This document shows positions 54,151 to 64,000 of a stretch of 64,000 nucleotides of DNA, piece by piece. The translations under genes and the position numbers were made by a program. Origin of the DNA: Raja brachyura (Eukaryota); assembly GCA_963514005.1 (NCBI GenBank), contig OY740781.1, forward strand, positions 148,614,001 through 148,678,000. Direction: 5' to 3'. The notes beneath the pieces were generated by a model, which saw nothing but the letters and a program-made list of their open reading frames with translations, was not told where the DNA came from and did no database searches. Positions within the stretch are counted from its first letter, which is position 1, and each line of letters begins with the position of its first letter.

Positions 54151-56481
54151 ATCAGCAATTATACATTTAGATGCTGCTGCACCCGCTGAGTTTCTCCAGC
54201 TTTTTGTGTAACCCCCATACATTTCCTTTGTTTGGCAACAAAAATTGAAAAGTTACTATGAGTAAGTAATCACATGCATGGGAATTAGTTAAAACGGTAA
54301 TTGGGAATTTGGCTTCTGTGAACTTGGCAAATAAAAATATTTCCATTCTACTGCGAAAGTTGTATTTTTACATTCGTATTAACTACGTTGGGTATGTTCT
54401 ATAACTTGGTGTGCTGTAGTTGACCCACTTCTGTTCCACGTACTGTCGTAACCAATATCCATTGCGTCTCTTGGCTCCTGCATCCACCCATCCCTACACA
54501 CTACATTTCTCACCTCAAATACTTTACCGACACTCAATAAAACTGTCAAAAACGTACAGACGCTGGAAATCTAAAAAAAACAAGATAATTCTGCAATGGA
54601 CCTTTCCAGTTTTTTTTTCACTTTGTATCAAAGTAAAGCTTATATATTTAATAAATCTATTGATCAACTAGTCTCATCTTCCCATTTTGCCTGATGGTGG
54701 CTTGCATAGGTCGTTCTCAAATGCAAATGCACAACGTTGCATTTCGGTGGATGGTTTGGCACCAACATTTAAATATCCAAGGTCACTTGATAGAATATGT
54801 TTCAGTAAATTCTTATAACAGTACTAAGGATCAATATAATGGAGAAATGAGGACTATGAAAGAAACTTAAGAAATAAAAACCACGAATCGCATCAGATAA
54901 TCGCAATAACGCCGAGATTATATAAACTTTTCCAAAATATTTGCATTGCATTAGATGTAAATTTTTGTCCCTAAGCACTTCGTCATTGGAAGATACTGGG
55001 ACATAGATTGGGACGTGTACAGCAGAAGATCCCATGTTTTCAAGCAAGCTAGCTATAGACATTAGTCCAACGTCCCAGTGCCACTTAGGTCGTCTATCCA
55101 TCTGAAGGGGCTATGTTGTAAATCTGTTCCAGATATTCAACGTTTCGACATTTACACAGTTAAGACATTGAAACAGGCAGATTTGAAATAGTTGCGAAAT
55201 ACACGTATATGATCCAAACTGTCTCCTGCTAAATAAAGCAGTTTTCTACTCCCTTAATCCGGTTACAGTTAACGTGGATCTGATTTCCAGAAACACTTGT
55301 CAATCTAATGAAGGTCACTTAAGTATTTCAAAGTTTTGACATTTTTATTACTGCTGGGTTTAAATTTTGGTCGCTGATGGACATTGGCATCTGACTCACT
55401 CACCGGGTAACATTATTTGTACCTCATTTTGTTCTGCAACCGTTTTTATTCCTAATTCTAGATGATACTCTGGATAGTTGAGAGTTATGTTAACCTTAGA
55501 ATTGTAATTTCCTTACTACAAAGAGCATGAATGCTGTAAAGCTTTGCATTACTGCCATCTTCTGTGGTGTCGGTGTATTTAATAACCCTCCATTTTGAAA
55601 GAGAAATAGGATGATGTACAAAAGAAAAACACTTTCACCAACAACACGATCACTACTATTCAGACTACAAAGTTTGTCAATCTTTCAATCAGGAGGTTGA
55701 TAAATATATGAAGTGGAACAAGGGTTATTTAATCCCTTCGGCAATAACAGATGTTCAAACATCTGACAAAGCCTTCTGCTTTGTTCACTTATACATACAT
55801 GGCACTTCTATCATTTCTTTCCAAATTCCAACACATCCAACAATCGTGGACATAAATGCCAGTGCTAGGTCTCGTTTAAGAAGGCATATTCATCAACAAC
55901 AGGATAAATAAAGGAGCCATTGAGCGACTGCTAGTGTCAAACGTGTTTTCCATAATGAACAGTAGCGCATGGGTCGGATGAAACCAATCCATGACCATAA
56001 AGAAGAGGGGGAATTAAACTTTGTTCAAGGGCAGCTTGTACACGGGATACATTACAAAGAAACAGTATTCACCGTAACACGTTGAGCGCTGAATAATGTC
56101 ACGCCCCTTGTACCATCTAACTCAACAGCACATCACACAATTCGTTCAAAGCCCATGACTCAACAATAATTTGCATGAAACACCACACCATGAGGTGAAA
56201 TTCGACCCCCCGAGTTAACTGCACAGTATTCTTAATTGAATCCTACCACACGTGCATTTTGCGCGTTTGGTGAATTACTAAGATACCCAACATAGACCAA
56301 AGGAAGCGTGAATTAAACACTACAGCTCGCTACTTAAACAAAACGGTAAACCGAAGGCGTCCGTATCGTATTACATTTTCTATTCAGTGTGCAAAAGGTA
56401 TGCATTTCTTTCGCTTTCCCCCACTCTCTCAAACACGGTAAGGGAAAAAAACTAATTGGAACATTACTTTAGCAGACTTAC

Positions 56482-56588
56482 CAGAGTTGTGAGCTCGGTT
56501 GGTAGCATCGTGGTCACTGTCGCCTTGTTCGCTGTCACCGTGACCACTGTCCTTTGAACTCACGATATCCGCTTCCTGGAAAGCAGAA
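56482..56588 (-). CDS. PCDH10: PCDH10 coding exon 3 (107 bp), CM1 motif: SAFQEADIVSSKDSGHGDSEQGDSDHDATNRAHNS(G)
   Basis: Acceptor TTTTTTTCAG and donor G|GTAAGT. It encodes the delta-protocadherin conserved motif CM1 (DSGHGDSEQGDSD) and ends in phase 1. Confidence 0.96.
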
Positions 56589-56705
56589 CTGAAAAAAAAA
56601 CAAAAAGCATGCCAGCATTATCACCTGACGCCGAACATCAATAGAACTGTGCTGTCTTGGCAATAATGAAAGCTGGCGAGCGGTTTGGATTAGTGAGTTT
56701 CTTAC

Positions 56706-56764
56706 CTGTTAACTCGGCGGGGTCTGTCCACAAGAAAATTGAGTTCGGTCCGCTGGTGTTTTGT
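56706..56764 (-). CDS. PCDH10: PCDH10 coding exon 2 (59 bp): TKHQRTELNFLVDRPRRVN(S)
   Basis: Acceptor CTCTTTTAG and donor AG|GTAAG. It is in frame with exon 1, and the peptide matches the known vertebrate PCDH10 exon 2 (TKHQRAELSYLVDRPRRVNS). Confidence 0.95.
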
Positions 56765-57587
56765 CTAAAAGAGGGATAAAACATCGAGTTAACAATCGTG
56801 ACAGAACATGCAGACAAATGTACCATTCTGTGAGCAAATATTAAGAAGGAATCGGACAAGAGTTTTAGTTGCAGATGTCTCAGAGATTAAAAAACTTAAT
56901 TACCATTGTTCATATAACATTGGAGCTAATAATGACCATACAATTTCAGAGCTGAAAATAGTTCTCAGCTCCAAGTAGCGAAGGAACGAGGCTGAATCAA
57001 GTTCAAACCACTTGGTAATTTAAATAAACTGAACATTAAAATAGTATTTTAGACTTGTGGCCCCTGTGAATGCTTAGTGAATTCTTGCGCCTCTGTCCTT
57101 TCATCTGGTACTGTACGTCTGAAAGTCTTAAGGATTTGATATCCAGAGGTGTTAAGAATGGACAATAATGTAAAAAAAAACCGTTTCAGTTCTCCGACAG
57201 TCAATAACTAGATAATCTCTCTAGTTTACTGGTCGACATATTACATAAAAAACTGTCATTCCTTTTTTACTCCATTATCTGGTGCCGGAAGTCACGGATT
57301 ATTTAATCAAATCACAGAAGACAATTGGTGCCGTTTGGCTGCATTTACAACATTTCACATTATGACGCCCGTCCTTGCTCTAAAGACTGCGCGGCATCCG
57401 AAAATAACCTCACACGGCTTTCAGCTGAGAAAAGCTAAGTTAGCAAATCTGGATTTATGAGCTTGAGGGAGGAAATACAGTTTAGGAGTGCATGAAAAGT
57501 AGGATGGGAAGGGGTGAGATGGCCACAATTAGTGGGGGTGGTGGCGGGTTATCTGGCGATATAGAGTAGATGCGGTAGACGCCTTAC

Positions 57588-60068
57588 CTCGTTTGATAAT
57601 ATACTCCCATTGGAAATGATGTCAGGCTGCTGGTCGGTGTACCCTGTAATAATGGCCCCGCAGGGGTTGTGTTCAGCGTCTGTACTCCTGACCGGGCTAC
57701 ACGGTTTCAAGAACATGAGATCTGTTTTGGCCGATTCTGGAGTCAGGCAAACTTGGTAACAGTAATTCTGACTATGGTGTCCAAAGCCTCCTTCCTCCAC
57801 CGACACCTGAGCCGCGTTGGTGTTGGTGGTCTGCACCAGCATGATGTCCGACTTGCTGAGCTTCTTCTTCCTGTTCCTCGCCTGGCGGCAGCAGGCACAG
57901 CACTCGCTGGCCAGGCAGCTGTAGATGTTCACCTTTTTGTCCTTCTGGCAGCGGATGGCCAGCACGATCATGGCCAGCAGGAAGACGAAGGACACCGAGC
58001 CCAGGGCGATAATTAAGATCAGGGTCAAATCCAGCGAGTTTTCCTTCGGGCTACCAGCTCGGTTGCCCCGTTCTCCCTGTCGGTCCACAGGACTGTCCAC
58101 TACAACCACGAGGATGGTGGCCGTGGCTGACAGGGGCGGTTGTCCATGGTCCCTGACCTCGATCAGGAGCTCGTACGGGGCGCTGGGGGCCTTCTTGTTG
58201 GCGGGTAACCTCCTGACGGTCTTGAGCTCTCCACTCCTCCAGTCCATCCTGAAGAGACCCAGCTCGTTGCCCTTGGCGATGTAATAGGTAAGCCGAGCGT
58301 TGTCACCATCGTCCGCGTCCACTGCCACCAGTCTGGCTACCAGGTAGCCCGGCTCAGCCGAGCGGGGCACCATCTCTTTGGCGCTGCCGTTCCTCGACAC
58401 GGGCGATACGATAGACGGCGCGTTGTCGTTCTGGTCCACTATGATGATGTTGATGGTGGTGTTACTGATTAGAGGAGGGTTTCCTGCGTCCCTGGCCTGC
58501 ACCGTGAAACTGAACTCCTTCAGCTGCTCGTAGTCGAAAGAGCGCAAGGCGTACAGATAGCCATTCTCGGAGTTTATGGAAACGTAGGTAAAGACCGACA
58601 TACCCTGTATATCGCACTCTAATATGGAGTAAGAGATGTACGCGTTCTGCCCCAAGTCGGGGTCTACGGCAGTCACTGCGTAAATATAAGCCCCTGGAAC
58701 ATTGTTCTCTGAAACGTGCACGTCGTAGGAAGATCGGGAGAAGCGGGGTGCATTATCGTTCTCGTCCGCCACTTGCACCTTGATGGACTTGCTGGACGCC
58801 AGAGGGGGCGACCCCCGGTCCTTCGCCATGATGGTCACAGTGTACGAGTCGGTGATCTCTCGGTCCAGCGGCCCGTCGGTCACGATGGTGTAGTAATTCT
58901 TGAAGGAGGGCTTCAATTTGAAAGGCACCTGCCCCAAGATCTCGCAATGGAGCTGCCCGTTGTCACCCGAGTCGCGGTCGGTGACACTCAGCAAGGCGAC
59001 CACGGTGCCCAAGGTTGCGCTCTCGTTCACAGAGTCGGAAACGGTGCTGAAACTGATCTCTGGCGCGTTGTCGTTCACGTCGGTAACTTTCACCAGCACT
59101 TTGCAGTGAGCCGGCACCGCGTTGGGTCCCAGGTCCTTCGCTTGGACGAACAGCTGGTACAGGCTGCTCTCCTCGTAATCGATGGTCCCCTTCACCTCGA
59201 TCCAGCCAGTCCTGGGCTCGATGCTGAACAGCTCCTTCACCTTGGGCGAGACGTGGTTGCTGAACGAGTACACCACCTCGCCGTTTTTGCCTTCGTCGCG
59301 GTCGGTAGCGTTGAGCTGAATGACTAGGGTGCCGACGGGCGCGTTTTCGGGCAGGTTCACCGTGTAGACGGACTGCTCGAAGACGGGCACGTTGTCGTTG
59401 GAGTCCAGTACCTTGATGCTGAGCAGTGCGGTGCCGGTGCGCTGGGGCATCCCCCCGTCCACTGCCGTCAGCACATAGCGGTGGAGAGCCTGCTGCTCCC
59501 GGTCCAGGTTCTTCTCCAACACCAGCTCGGCGAACTTGTTGCCGTCTCCTTGGGTTTGCACGTCGAGGTAAAAGTAGCTATTAGGGGTGATCTCGTAGGT
59601 GCGGAGCGCGTTGGTGCCCACGTCCGGGTCGAACGCGCTCTCCAGCGGCAGCCGAGTGCCAGCACCGGCGCTCTCCGATATCTCCACCGTGATGTCCGCC
59701 TCCGGGAAACTCGGCGGGTTGTCGTTAATATCCACGATCTCGATCTCCACACGGAAAAGTTCCAGCGGGTTCTCCAGGAAGACCTCGATGTGCAGCAGGC
59801 AGCTGGGGCTCTGCTTACATATCTGCTCGCGGTCGATCTTCTCGTTGACGAAGAGCACCCCGTTCTCCAGGTTCACCTCCAGGTGCGGGGTCCGGGAGCT
59901 CGGCACCGTCTGGAACCTGCGGGCCGCCAGCTTGGTCACGTCCAAGCCCAAATCCTCGGCGATATTCCCCACGAACGTGCCATGTTCCTGCTCCTCGGGA
60001 ACGGAATAGCGGATCTGACAGGCAACGCGATCGATCAGGATGCAAAGCAAAAAGAATAGGAAGGTCAT
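57588..60068 (-). CDS. PCDH10: Protocadherin-10 coding exon 1: signal peptide, 6 cadherin repeats, transmembrane helix and proximal cytoplasmic tail (827 codons)
   Basis: ATG at 60068 gives MTFLFFLLCILIDRVAC|QIRYSVPEE. Cadherin Ca-binding motifs are present (DRE, DINDNPP, DSNDNVP, DVNDNAP, DENDNAP, DQNDNAP, AxDxG). The TM segment is LTLILIIALGSVSFVFLLAMIVLAI. PCDH10-type tail motifs RKKKLSKSDIMLVQ, YCYQVCLTPESAKTDLMFLKPC and QPDIISNGSILSNE follow. The exon ends at the donor GAG|GTAAGG (phase 0). Confidence 0.97.
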
Positions 60069-60810
60069 GTCCAAAGCCCAAACCGATCGGCGTCCCTTAT
60101 TAAGTTGAATGGCGATGTTTCCTTTTGTTTGGGAGGAGAAAAAAAACAAATCTTACTAATTACTCTCGACTTAGCGCTCCGTCTTGATTTTCTTCTCCAT
60201 CACATCTCTCCGCAAAAGCCAGCTACGTGAAGCCGACTCGTCGCATCCGAAGCGTGAACTTATTTTGCCGTTTTAATGAGTGAAATGGTCGTTTGATCTC
60301 CCACTGCTCAGTAGTGGCCTGGAAGAAGCGAATCCCGCGGGCATTGGTTTAACAGCGAGCCATTTGACACAGCGGCCGGTCATATCCTCGGTGCAAAACG
60401 CGAACAACTGGGTCTGGAGTTTATCGTCTAATACTTTCTAGAGTTCTGCTCGCTAATCCGAACTTCACGAGTATTTATATATATATATATACACACATAT
60501 ATAGATAGACATATATATATATTCCTTTTCGTCCTTTTGTGTGTGCGTGTGTTCCTGCCTGCTGCCGTTAGCTTTCCCAGCTCCCCGCGGCTGCAGTCCC
60601 TGGTTCCTGTGCTCTTGCCTCTACTGACAGATTGCAGCTCTCTGGGCTCAGCGCTCTGCTTTTGCGTAGCGCCTACATCGGGCCAACCAATGGTCACAGT
60701 GGCCAGCCGGAGCTGCGCTGTAACTGGCTGGCAGCGGGGCACCTAGCTGTCGTGCGTCAGGCAGCGCGGAGCCAGTAAGCGGCAGAGCGGGCGGGGCGGT
60801 TCGGTTTCAC
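60069..60810 (-). promoter_or_regulatory. PCDH10 5' UTR and proximal promoter (CpG island, CCAAT box, GC boxes)
   Basis: High CpG density. CCAAT lies at 60687-60691 and GGGCGGGGCGG (Sp1-type) at 60789-60799. An AT/AC microsatellite-like tract spans about 60474-60550. The TSS is not determined. Confidence 0.6.
60171..60200 (-). other. Upstream ORF MEKKIKTER* in the presumed PCDH10 5' UTR
   Basis: The sequence is ATGGAGAAGAAAATCAAGACGGAGCGCTAA in context GTGATGG (-3 G, +4 G). It is overlapped by an ATG-TGA start-stop at 60205-60200. Confidence 0.55.
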
Positions 60811-61770
60811 TCTCCGAGCCGCGCAAATAACGTTACAATCCCCGGACTTGCTCCGAGTTAGTGCAATGCACTCGCACAGGTGCTTTTTATAATCAGATCA
60901 CAACAAACCCACAAAGGGATAGTCCGGCCACTGTGAATTTAAGGCTTTCCGAACTCATCTCACATTCTCCCTCCTCTCCCTTCCATAACAATATTGTTTT
61001 ATTCTAATTGCATCTTTCAGCAGAGTTTCCGCAGACACGCAAGCCATTACCATATATGTAATCATAACAAATCATAGCTGCAGTGTATTTAGTTACCGAT
61101 TTGCTTCATCGTGAAGGAAATGTGAAAGACAAATCCAATAGCGCCAGTGCCGACAGTTAGTCAGTGCAAGCTACTAGACGCTGTTCATTACAACGCCGTG
61201 CCGATCATTTCCGCAAAACGATGCACTTTTTAGCTTGAATATGCGGCACACCGCTAAACGAAGCGGCATGTTATGGAGTATCTAGTTGTATGTCAGGGTC
61301 CCGTGACACGTGCCGCATGTTGTGGGGGCGTCGCTGACGGGCGGCCGCTGTGGAAACTGACTGATTGTCTTGGTGCGAGCAGTGTTCGTGATGTTACCGC
61401 AGGGATTGTATAAACCGAGTTAAGGCTTTGGGCGTTGCTGGCGGTTTACTTATTGGGGGTGAATGTGAGCGTGGAGACGATTGTGGTGGAGGAAGGGGGT
61501 TTGCTGGCGGGCTGTGGTGGATCCTATCCATTTTCCCCAATCTTATGTAGCTCGTCTCCTCTGTAACCATGCGCTGCATGTTAGATGAAGAAGACGCTTT
61601 AACAGTGACATCGAAAATCCATTAAGTAAAAATCAAAGGTGGGATAGTCCTGAGATATGTTCCATCGTGTAACCAGAACTGTCGTTTGCATCAGATTTGT
61701 ACGTCTGACAGGACACACATGCGCGCGTTTGTTTTAGTGTGAACAAATATAAATTCCTCCAAGGGCAATA

Positions 61771-61836
61771 CGGTTTATAATAAGTATTCCAAAATTGCAC
61801 GCGGTTTATAATAAGCATTCCAAAATTGCACGCGGT
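61771..61836 (+). repeat. 31-bp tandem duplication
   Basis: CGGTTTATAATAAG(T/C)ATTCCAAAATTGCACG x2 plus a partial CGGT. Confidence 0.9.
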
Positions 61837-62887
61837 GTTGGGACGCGTATCGCCGCAGTCAGAAAAAAAATGCTTCAAGTCGATCCCGATGTCAGCAGAA
61901 TAAACATTACCCATCTCTGGGAGGTGACCCGAGGGTAAATACCAGCAAGGGAGAGCGTGGGCTCCTCGCTGAGAGGACCCGGGTAGCGCCCTGCACGCAA
62001 TAAATAATGCTGTCGACGGGCAGATGATAGATATGGATAGATTGAAAGAAAATTACGTAGAAAAATATCCTCCGGGTTTTTCCACAGACGATGCATTTGC
62101 GTTATTTCTGTAGAAGATAAAAACCTATTTTTGCGGGGTGGGGGGGTTGTTCAATCTCACGGGCAACGGTGGTGATTGCGCGGTGAAGGAGGGATGGACT
62201 CGAAAACCTAATTTCATTTCAATTGCACGTACGAGATGCAGGGTGCCGGGACAGTTTATAAAAGAATGGGCTGATCAATAAAAAGTAGATTATGGTCTAT
62301 CGGAATATTAATGCGCCCGTCTAATCAATACGTGCTTCATGGTTTCTTTTACATTCACAGTCGGAAATAGAGTCTGGACATCTTGATCCAGGAATGAATC
62401 TTCCCTTTTTCGTGTGTGTATAAAGGCGGCTAGAACAGCTCTTTAGCTGACATTCTTTCTGAATGAATATGCACTAATTGACCTTTATTCTCGGAGTCAC
62501 ATCAAAGCCCCTCCTTTAATGAGGTCGTATCAACTGCCTTTTGTAGAATGAGCTGAAACCGTACATTGGTAAAGATAGTGCAGGAATCAGTATGTCCTCA
62601 GTGTCGGCTAAATCTCTGCATGTGGCGCGATCTGTTGGGTATACATGCCTCCTATCTGCCGTTTCCATAATAGCATTTTCTCAATCGTGCAAGCATGTAA
62701 TAGGAGACCGCGGAGGAACACGCAGCACAGATACAATGGACTAACCTTTCCTAATAGACGGTAAACGGGCATAGTCATTCAAAGTACTCGAAATATTATG
62801 CCGAAATATTGCATTCGATGCCGCTATCAAGTTGGCGATATGCGATACTGCCGACTACAAATTCAGAAGGTTCAGAAGGTATTACCG

Positions 62888-63196
62888 ATTTAGTTTTAGT
62901 TTAAAGATTCAACGAGGAAACCAGCCCTTTGGTCCACCGAGACCAGAGATCACACGTCGGCATTTGCTCTGTATTAATCCCACGTTCCCTTCCACTCCAT
63001 ACACGCTAGGGATAGTTTTACAGAAGCCAATTAACCCAACAACCAGTTTTTAGGATGTGGGACGAAATCGGAGAAAACCCACTCGGTCGCAGAGAGAACA
63101 TGCAAACTCCACGCAGACAGCACCCGAGGTCAGGGTCGAACCCGGGTCTCTGGCGCAATGATGGAGCAATTCTACCAGCTGCGCCACTGTGCTGCC
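62888..63196 (-). mobile_element. HE1-type V-SINE, near full length
   Basis: The reverse strand begins GGCAGCACAGTGGCGCAGCTGGTAGAATTGCT..GGGTTCGACCC, followed by the V-domain and a (CTAAA)n tail. Confidence 0.85.
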
Positions 63197-63753
63197 TTCT
63201 TGTTGGCGAAGTCGATACAATTTATTTTTATTTCGAGAGGACTAGAATATAAAAACAAGGATGTCATGCTAAGGCTTTGTGTGACACTGGTCAGGCGGCA
63301 TTTGAAGCATTGAGTGCAGTTTGGGCCCCATACCTGAGGAAGAATGCGTTGGTGTTGGAGTGGTTCCTGGGAGGTTTAAGAGAATGATCCCAGGATTGAT
63401 TGGGTTATCATATGATGAGCGTTTGAAGGCACTGGGCCTGTACTCCCCCGAGTTTAAAAGGACGAGGGGGACGTCATTGAAACTTACCGAATAGTGAAAG
63501 GCCTGGATAGAGTGGATGTGGAGAGGATGTTTCCCCTATTGGGAGAGTCTAGGACCAGAGGCAATATCCTCCGTATAAAGGACGTACCTTTAGAAGGGAT
63601 TTGTGGAAGAATTTCTTTAGGCAGAGGGTGGTGAATCTGTCGAATTCATTGCCACAGATGGACGAGTAAGTGAATATCTTTAAGGCAGAGATTTGCATAT
63701 TCCTTCATTTAAGGGTGTAAGGGGTTATGTAGATAGAGCAGGAGATTGGGGTT

Positions 63754-63889
63754 CTTCTTCTTTCATGTGGCGTACACAGCCTAAAGTTGTAGGACAACTT
63801 GTTCTATTTGATCTTCTGTTTGTGCACGTCGAGTTGATTGCATTAGTCGAAACAGGGTGGACCACATGAAGGTTGCAATCTTCCACCCC
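63754..63889 (-). mobile_element. 136-bp non-autonomous retroposon with a ribozyme head and (GAA)n tail, inserted in a CR1 fragment
   Basis: 12-bp TSD GAGATTGGGGTT at 63742-63753 and 63890-63901. It has a 3' GAAGAAG tail and a 3' hairpin AAGTTGT-CCT-ACAACTT. No tRNA A/B boxes are seen. Confidence 0.85.
63836..63889 (-). ncRNA. Minimal HDV/CPEB3-like self-cleaving ribozyme (predicted)
   Basis: GGGGUGG(P1)-AA-GAUUGCA(P2)-ACC(P3)-UUCAUGU(L3)-GGU(P3')-CCACCCU(P1')-G-UUUCGA-C-UAA-UGCAAUC(P2'). All helices pair, with a G1.U wobble, a CPEB3-like L3 and a candidate catalytic C at 63846. Confidence 0.8.
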
Positions 63890-64000
63890 GAGATTGGGGT
63901 TGAGAGAGAAAGATAGATCAGCCATGATTGAATGGCGGCGCAGACTCCATGGGCCAAATGGCCAAATTCTGCTCAGATAGCATATATTTCCCAGCACAGA

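Larger units (their letters stand above)
63235..63975 (+). mobile_element. CR1 LINE 3' fragment, interrupted by the ribozyme-headed retroposon
   Basis: Shows RGLEYKNKDVML..LVRRHL, GLDRVDVERMFPLLGESRTRG and the 3' tail GGGCCAAATGGCC. Confidence 0.8.

Noticed and set aside
57669-60081. Several 64-203 aa ORFs overlapping exon 1 on the opposite strand or in other frames
   Set aside because: These are shadow ORFs caused by the GC3-rich codon usage of PCDH10 and show no recognisable domains.
60069-60149. 27-codon N-terminal extension in the ORF track (MFFFSSQ...)
   Set aside because: It starts at a non-ATG codon. The ATG at 60068 directly precedes a proper signal peptide.
1-64000. CRISPR arrays, operons or other prokaryotic/phage systems
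   Set aside because: The DNA is clearly eukaryotic (spliced gene, LINEs and SINEs). The recurring repeats are dispersed TEs, not regularly spaced repeat-spacer units.

Overview
Vertebrate genomic DNA, almost certainly from a cartilaginous fish. A skate or ray is inferred from the HE1-type V-SINEs, CR1/HER1 LINEs and Penelope repeats. One host gene is present: protocadherin-10 (PCDH10, delta-2 protocadherin) on the minus strand. Its coding exons are at 57588-60068, 56706-56764, 56482-56588 and 37048-37347, all with GT-AG junctions and consistent phases. There is also a candidate alternative terminal exon at 45243-45337 and a CpG-rich promoter around 60.6-60.8 kb. The true last exon is not securely located. 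The rest is intron or intergenic DNA full of transposable elements. The most notable observations are: (1) a 136-bp TSD-flanked retroposon at 63754-63889 whose first 54 nt fold into a complete minimal HDV/CPEB3-type self-cleaving ribozyme starting exactly at the element's 5' end; (2) an abundant young Penelope-LTR repeat carrying a hammerhead-like core, inserted as TSD-flanked and often palindromic units; (3) a multi-level nest at 12.0-15.5 kb (solo LTR > 8-bp-TSD DNA transposon > TIR element > SINE and Penelope repeats); (4) a GC-rich foldback element at 26.4-27.2 kb; (5) several alternative PCDH10 C-termini and a strong uORF. Repeat boundaries are approximate, and family names come from motif recognition rather than database searches.
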